Positions 27,000 to 32,000 of a stretch of 32,000 nucleotides of DNA are shown here, piece by piece (positions within the stretch are counted from its first letter, which is position 1; each line of letters begins with the position of its first letter). Under the pieces are notes generated by a model, which saw only the letters and a list, made by a program, of their open reading frames with translations, did not search any database and was not told the origin of the DNA. The position numbers and the translations under genes were made by a program. This stretch comes from Vibrio vulnificus CMCP6 (GTDB lineage: Bacteria; Pseudomonadota; Gammaproteobacteria; Enterobacterales; Vibrionaceae): the NCBI RefSeq assembly GCF_000039765.1, contig NC_004459.3, forward strand, positions 1,950,001 through 1,982,000. Direction: 5' to 3'.

Positions 27000-29018
27000 T
27001 TACAGCTCGGTAATGGCTTTGCCTTTGCGCAGTTTTCTTACCCACATGCGGCTTGGGTGTAACTCTTCAAGCACGTCAACAGGCAAAGGCAGCGGGTCGT
27101 TACAGATTTGCGAGGCGAGCAACTCAGCCATCAGTGGGGCAGAGCTCAAGCCACGAGAGCCAAGACCAAGGAGGCAGAATAAGTTCGGAAACTGAGAAAT
27201 TACCTCAATCTCTTCTGCTTGAGTGTGCGGCAAATCGGCGTATTGACGCTTAATGGCTGAGAAGTCGCCGACATTGCCAACAAACGGCAGATGATCTCGG
27301 CTCACACAGCGGATCCCTTGGCGAGATAAATTGCCAGATGTATCCACTTCTTTTGCCCACGCTTGGTTTGGGACACATTGCGTCAGTCTCTCGGCATTCT
27401 CTTGTTGCGCATTGACATCAAACTCAGTATCCAAATGGCGGCGATCGTAACTTGCGCCAATGCAAAGATGCTGATTGTTTGGGTTGACGGGAGTCATGTA
27501 GCCGTCGTAACACAGCACACTTTTGAGCTTAGAAAGCGTCTCAGTAGCAGGGACATGGCTGACTTGACCTTTGACTTGGCCAAGCGGAATGTCAGCGGTT
27601 TGGCTGAAGGTTTGGAACTCATGACCATTGGCAATAACCACAGCGCTATAAGTATCGTGTTGGCCCTGAGTATGGACTTGCCATTGCTGTGACCTTTCGT
27701 CCCAGATGAGTTGTTCAACACTCTGCTCAAATTTGGCCGTGAAGTTGTCGAGGGTGCCCAATTGCGTAAAGAGGGCTTGGGTTAGCTCTGCCGGGCATAG
27801 CCAGCCGCCAAGTGGATAATGAACCGATGCCATGTCGATCGGCAAACCAATTTTTGCTGCGGTTTCTCCTACGGAGAGCTTTTGAATCAACTCGGGTGCA
27901 AAGTTCCCAGAGAGCATCTTGTCCAACTTGTTGGTTGATTTTTCATCCCACATCAACTGGGTCACGCCACACCAATCATGATCGAAGGTGAGCGCTTGTG
28001 CGGCTTGCTCTACAAACTGGCGAGCAAACAAAAACGCGGGGGCAAATACGCGTGAAACGCCATCATGATTGCCATTGAGTAAAGGGTAAACTGCGCCTTG
28101 TCGGTTACCCGATGCGCCTTCTGCAGCTTGGGCGTGTTTACAATAGAGGGTTACTTTTTGCCCACGTTGAACCAAGGCTTTTGCGAGGGCTGCGCTGGCA
28201 ATTCCTCCGCCAATGATGGCAATAGAATCGAGATGAGATGCAGAGGTGCGATTGAAGTAAGGCGCGTGGCGACTTTGTTGTTGTCTTGTTTCCATGCAGC
28301 CTGCGATCATTTCTCGCTTGGTGCCAAAGCCTTTCACTTTTTTCATGGCAAAGCCCGCTTCAATCAAGCCTCGTCTTACAAAACCCGCAGAGGTAAACGT
28401 TGCCACTCGACACTCAGATCTCGCCAGTTTCGCCATGCCATTGAAAAGATCCTGATTCCACATCTCGGGATTTTTACTTGGAGCAAACCCATCGAGGAAC
28501 CAAGTGTCGATAATGCCTTCTTCACCGTAAGGCACCGAGGGTAGGCAATCTTTAATATCGCCCAGCCACAGATCAAGTGTGACAGCGCCATTGTCCAGCA
28601 CAATACGATGACATTCTGGAACAGCAGGTGGATAATGACGATGAAGTTTTTCCGCGAGTTCCGCCAACTCAGGCCAAGCTTGATGCGCTTTGATCAAATC
28701 TTGTTTGCTAAGGGGAAACTTTTCAAAGCTGACAAAATGTAACTCTTTGAGTGTTGCGTCGGGGTTTGCACGGCGAAAGTCATTGAACGCCTGCCAAACC
28801 GCGAGGAAATTCAATCCAGTGCCAAAACCCGTTTCGCCAATCACAAAGCGACGGCGGTCAAATTCTTGCCATCTTTCAGGAATAAGATTTTGTTTAAGAA
28901 ACACATAGCGTGTTTCTTCTAGGCCGTTCACATTGGAGAAGTAAACGTCATCAAATTGGTCAGAAACCGGTGTGCCGACTTCATTCCAGCCGAGTTCTGC
29001 ATGGGTAATGGATGTCAT
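27000..29018 (-). CDS. mnmC: Bifunctional tRNA mnm5s2U34 methyltransferase / FAD-dependent cmnm5s2U34 oxidoreductase MnmC
   Basis: 672 aa with an N-terminal SAM methyltransferase domain ([12 protein letters not shown]) and a C-terminal FAD domain ([14 protein letters not shown]). Confidence 0.9.
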   Translation of the reverse strand: MTSITHAELGWNEVGTPVSDQFDDVYFSNVNGLEETRYVFLKQNLIPERWQEFDRRRFVIGETGFGTGLNFLAVWQAFNDFRRANPDATLKELHFVSFEKFPLSKQDLIKAHQAWPELAELAEKLHRHYPPAVPECHRIVLDNGAVTLDLWLGDIKDCLPSVPYGEEGIIDTWFLDGFAPSKNPEMWNQDLFNGMAKLARSECRVATFTSAGFVRRGLIEAGFAMKKVKGFGTKREMIAGCMETRQQQSRHAPYFNRTSASHLDSIAIIGGGIASAALAKALVQRGQKVTLYCKHAQAAEGASGNRQGAVYPLLNGNHDGVSRVFAPAFLFARQFVEQAAQALTFDHDWCGVTQLMWDEKSTNKLDKMLSGNFAPELIQKLSVGETAAKIGLPIDMASVHYPLGGWLCPAELTQALFTQLGTLDNFTAKFEQSVEQLIWDERSQQWQVHTQGQHDTYSAVVIANGHEFQTFSQTADIPLGQVKGQVSHVPATETLSKLKSVLCYDGYMTPVNPNNQHLCIGASYDRRHLDTEFDVNAQQENAERLTQCVPNQAWAKEVDTSGNLSRQGIRCVSRDHLPFVGNVGDFSAIKRQYADLPHTQAEEIEVISQFPNLFCLLGLGSRGLSSAPLMAELLASQICNDPLPLPVDVLEELHPSRMWVRKLRKGKAITEL

Positions 29019-29081
29019 AGTAGGATGTAAATCTGTGATGTAGCGCGGTTAGAATAGGGCGATTGTACGAATTTCTGGGAA

Positions 29082-29098
29082 AGCTGACCACTTTTGTT
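29082..29098. promoter_or_regulatory. Weak FadR-like site upstream of fabB
   Basis: AGCTGACCACTTTTGTT matches 9 of 14 specified FadR operator positions. It lies about 50-65 nt upstream of the fabB ATG, a position compatible with the FadR activation seen at enterobacterial fabB. This is a weak match. Confidence 0.2.
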
Positions 29099-29146
29099 AT
29101 GCTTCTTAGTTATTATCTAGCGGATTTTGAATTATAGGAATGTCAC

Positions 29147-30358
29147 ATGAAACGAGTCGTAATCACCGGTATGGGTATTGTTTCAAGTATCGGTAACAAC
29201 GTCGAAGAAGTGCTTGCTTCTCTAAAAGCAGGTAAATCAGGTATCACTTCGTCTGAGCAATTCAAAGAGAAAGGCCTGCGTTCTCAGGTGTGGGGCGATC
29301 TGAAAATTACTCCTGCCGATCATATCGATCGCAAACAAATGCGCTTTATGGGCGATGCGGCTGCGTATGCATACCTATCGATGGAACAGGCAATCGCGGA
29401 TGCGGGCCTGACAGAAGATCAAGTTTCAAATGACCGTACAGGTATCGTTGCGGGTTCTGGTGGTGCTTCATCACTAAACCAAGCGGCGGCAGTAGACACG
29501 CTACGTGAAAAAGGTGTGAAACGTATCGGTCCTTACATGGTGCCTCGTACCATGTCATCAACCGTTTCTGCGTGTTTGGCAACACCATTTAAGATTCGCG
29601 GTGTGAACTACACCATGAGTTCAGCGTGTGCGACTTCAGCACACTGTATTGGTCACGCAGCGGAACTTATTCAACTTGGCAAACAAGATATCGTGTTTGC
29701 AGGTGGTGGTGAAGAGCTTGATTGGACATTGACTATGATGTTCGATGCGATGGGCGCACTGTCAACCAAATACAATGAGACGCCAGAAAAAGCGTCTCGT
29801 ACTTACGATGCAGACCGTGATGGTTTCGTTATCTCTGGTGGCGGCGGCATGCTGGTGATCGAAGAGCTTGAGCACGCCTTAGCGCGTGGCGCGAAAATTT
29901 ACGGTGAGATCGTCGGCTATGGTGCGACATCGGATGGTTACGACATGGTGGCACCATCCGGTGAAGGCGCTGTGCGTTGTATGAAGATGGCGATGCAAGA
30001 TGTAGAGAAAATCGACTACATCAACACGCATGGTACTTCAACGCCAGTCGGCGATGTCAAAGAATTGGGTGCGATTCAAGAAGTCTTCGCGGGTAACAGC
30101 CCTGCTATTTCAGCAACCAAAGCGATGACAGGTCACGCATTGGGTGCCGCAGGTGTTCACGAAGCGATTTACTCAACGCTGATGCTACACCACAACTTTA
30201 TTGCGCCAAGCATCAATATCGAAAACCTAGACGCTGCGGCTGAAGGTCTTGATATTGTGACTGAAATGCGTGAAGCAGAATTGAATACAGTGATGTCGAA
30301 CAGCTTTGGTTTCGGTGGTACCAATGCGACTTTGGTGATTAAGAAATACCAAGGTTAA
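29147..30358 (+). CDS. fabB: 3-oxoacyl-ACP synthase I FabB
   Basis: 403 aa with active-site Cys in [10 protein letters not shown], the catalytic His pair ([17 protein letters not shown]) and a C-terminal [13 protein letters not shown]. Confidence 0.93.
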   Translation: MKRVVITGMGIVSSIGNNVEEVLASLKAGKSGITSSEQFKEKGLRSQVWGDLKITPADHIDRKQMRFMGDAAAYAYLSMEQAIADAGLTEDQVSNDRTGIVAGSGGASSLNQAAAVDTLREKGVKRIGPYMVPRTMSSTVSACLATPFKIRGVNYTMSSACATSAHCIGHAAELIQLGKQDIVFAGGGEELDWTLTMMFDAMGALSTKYNETPEKASRTYDADRDGFVISGGGGMLVIEELEHALARGAKIYGEIVGYGATSDGYDMVAPSGEGAVRCMKMAMQDVEKIDYINTHGTSTPVGDVKELGAIQEVFAGNSPAISATKAMTGHALGAAGVHEAIYSTLMLHHNFIAPSINIENLDAAAEGLDIVTEMREAELNTVMSNSFGFGGTNATLVIKKYQG

Positions 30359-30513
30359 TGGCAAAGCTCAGCCGTGTTGCATCGCAGCACGGTCACCAGT
30401 TTCCAGAGCTTGATCAGTACCACTGATCGAACAGACGCAGACTCTGTCCCATGGAGAGCGGGACAGGATCCTTTTGTTCTGGAATTTTACCCGGTCTTGT
30501 ACCGGGTTTTTTC
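30359..30513 (+). ncRNA. farS: Structured fabB 3'UTR; FarS-type 3'UTR-derived sRNA candidate
   Basis: The 155 nt between the fabB stop and the terminator contain three hairpins: CCGTGTTGC-ATC-GCAGCACGG, GATCAGT-ACC-ACTGATC, and CTGTCCC-N9-GGGACAG. A U-rich single-stranded stretch (GAUCCUUUUGUUCUGGAAUUUU) follows, then the terminator. In V. cholerae an RNase E-processed sRNA (FarS) arises from exactly this location. The processed 5' end cannot be read from sequence. Confidence 0.5.
30489..30513 (+). terminator. Rho-independent terminator of fabB / 3'UTR sRNA
   Basis: ACCCGGT-CTTGT-ACCGGGT followed by TTTTTCTTTTT. Confidence 0.82.
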
Positions 30514-30601
30514 TTTTTGTTTGTCGGTGAATGTGTTGAGATTTTTATGAAAAAGGGCACAATCACTGCAACTTTCCAATATGGATCTGGGATTTGCCAC
30601 A

Positions 30602-31735
30602 ATGAAAATTCTTGTTGATGAAAACATGCCTTACGCCGAGACGCTGTTTAGCCAGCTTGGTGAAGTGATTTTGAAGCCGGGCCGCAGTTTGACGGCTGAC
30701 GACTTGGTGGATATTGATGCACTGATGATTCGCTCAGTGACGAAAGTGAACGCTGCATTGATCAGCAAAGCCAACAAACTGAAGTTTGTCGGTACCGCAA
30801 CAGCGGGCATGGATCACGTTGACCAAGCGCTATTGAAAGAAAAGGGCATTTACTTTACTGCGGCTCCAGGTTGCAACAAAGTGGGTGTCGCTGAGTATGT
30901 CTTTAGTGTCATGATGGTACTGGCACAGCAGCAAGGTTTTTCGGTTTTTGAACAAACCGTTGGCATAATTGGTGCTGGGCAAGTTGGCAGTTACTTACAG
31001 CAATGTTTGCAAGGCATCGGTATTAAAGTGCTGATCAATGACCCTTTTAAGCAAGAAGAAGGGGACGAACGTGAGTTCACCTCGCTGGATCGTTTGTTGC
31101 AAGAAGCGGATGTCATCACCTTACACACGCCAATCACACGCGACGGTAAATATCCGACACATCACCTGATCAACGAAGAAATTCTAAACTCATTGCGTGC
31201 GGATCAAATTTTGATTAACGCTGCACGTGGTCCTGTGGTCGATAATCAAGCGCTTAAGCGTCGTCTGCAACAAGCTGATGGCTTTATGGCGGCACTTGAC
31301 GTGTTTGAATTTGAACCAGAGGTTGATATGGAGCTACTGCCTCTGTTAGCATTCGCCACCCCTCACGTGGCAGGTTATGGCCTTGAGGGGAAAGCTCGCG
31401 GAACCACAATGATCTTCAATAGTTATTGTGAGTTCATCGGTAATGAACTTCGTGCGCATGCCAGCGACCTCTTGCCAACTGCGCCTGTGCCAAAAGTGGT
31501 ACTGGATCGCAAGTGGGATGAAGCAACGCTCCATACCCTGACGCAATTGGTCTACGATGTGCGTAGAGATGACGCACAATTCCGACGTGAAATCGGTGCG
31601 CCAGGTGCGTTTGACCTAATGCGCAAAGAGTATTGGGATCGTCGTGAATACAGTGCAGTCACGCTAGTGGGAAGCGCGCAATGTCGTTTAAAACCACTAG
31701 CAAAACTAGGTTTTCAAGTTGAGGTAAGTCAATGA
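30602..31735 (+). CDS. pdxB: Erythronate-4-phosphate dehydrogenase PdxB
   Basis: 377 aa from the ATG at 30602 ([12 protein letters not shown]...) with NAD-binding [10 protein letters not shown] and a D-2-hydroxyacid dehydrogenase core. The track start at 30581 is an extension. Confidence 0.9.
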   Translation: MKILVDENMPYAETLFSQLGEVILKPGRSLTADDLVDIDALMIRSVTKVNAALISKANKLKFVGTATAGMDHVDQALLKEKGIYFTAAPGCNKVGVAEYVFSVMMVLAQQQGFSVFEQTVGIIGAGQVGSYLQQCLQGIGIKVLINDPFKQEEGDEREFTSLDRLLQEADVITLHTPITRDGKYPTHHLINEEILNSLRADQILINAARGPVVDNQALKRRLQQADGFMAALDVFEFEPEVDMELLPLLAFATPHVAGYGLEGKARGTTMIFNSYCEFIGNELRAHASDLLPTAPVPKVVLDRKWDEATLHTLTQLVYDVRRDDAQFRREIGAPGAFDLMRKEYWDRREYSAVTLVGSAQCRLKPLAKLGFQVEVSQ

Positions 31736-32000
31736 GCCAACAATACAATGTTGCCATTCTAGGGGCGACCGGAGCGGTCGGTGAAACCATTCTTGAAGTG
31801 CTTCAAGAGCGCAAATTTCCTGTCGGTGAGTTGTACTTGCTAGCCAGTGAGCGCAGTGAAGGTAAGACTTACCGTTTCAACGGTAAAACAATTTACGTGC
31901 AAAATGTTGAAGAGTTTGACTGGTCGCAAGCGCACATTGGTCTGTTCTCTGCTGGCGGTGATCTTTCTGCGAAATGGGCGCCTATTGCAGCAGAGGCTGG
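31732..32000 (+). CDS. asd: Aspartate-semialdehyde dehydrogenase family protein (USG-1/Asd2-like), 3' partial
   Basis: The ATG overlaps the pdxB stop (ATGA). [45 protein letters not shown]... carries the N-terminal GATGAVG Rossmann motif. It occupies the position of usg downstream of pdxB in E. coli. It runs off the window end. Confidence 0.82.
   Translation, partial: MSQQYNVAILGATGAVGETILEVLQERKFPVGELYLLASERSEGKTYRFNGKTIYVQNVEEFDWSQAHIGLFSAGGDLSAKWAPIAAEA

Noticed and set aside
30414-30602. 62-aa minus-strand ORF across the fabB 3'UTR / pdxB upstream region.
   Set aside because: It is antisense to a structured 3'UTR and terminator, K/P-rich low complexity, and has no RBS.
1-32000. Search for mobile elements, CRISPR arrays, integrases/transposases, toxin-antitoxin or defence-system operons, tRNA/rRNA genes.
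   Set aside because: Every long ORF is accounted for by a recognisable housekeeping family in conserved enterobacterial-type synteny. I saw no repeat-spacer arrays, terminal inverted repeats, recombinase-like ORFs, tRNA-like sequences or abrupt compositional shifts.

Overview
This window reads as a conserved Vibrionaceae (Vibrio-like) core chromosome segment. I found no sign of an island, prophage, CRISPR array or defence locus. All product calls rest on motifs in the supplied translations and remembered gene order; no database search was run.

Gene content, left to right:
- The 3' end of a chemotaxis cluster: parP-like CheW-domain gene (5' partial), cheW, and a DUF2802 gene.
- A complete, tightly coupled ccmABCDEFGHI cytochrome c maturation operon.
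- mlaA (vacJ).
- Two tandem, diverged fadL paralogs on the minus strand.
- An ECF sigma / DUF3379-type anti-sigma pair.
- A 710-bp ORF-free spacer.
- fadIJ, the anaerobic beta-oxidation complex.
- A signal-peptide-less M16 (insulinase/pitrilysin-like) peptidase.
- sixA, smrB, prmB, aroC, a UPF0126/TRIC-type membrane protein, epmC, yfcL, mnmC, fabB, pdxB, and the 5' end of an asd/usg-type dehydrogenase.

From mlaA onward the order mirrors the E. coli b2346 to b2319 region. The lineage-specific additions are the second fadL, the ECF pair and the M16 peptidase.

The most interesting non-coding signals:
1. An orphan plus-strand intrinsic terminator preceded by nested helices in the sigma-fadI spacer. 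This is a candidate sRNA, with a CU-rich single-stranded stretch complementary to the fadI Shine-Dalgarno region.
2. A structured fabB 3'UTR with its own terminator, matching the FarS-type 3'UTR sRNA known from V. cholerae.
3. FadR-like and PsrA-like operators in front of fadIJ.
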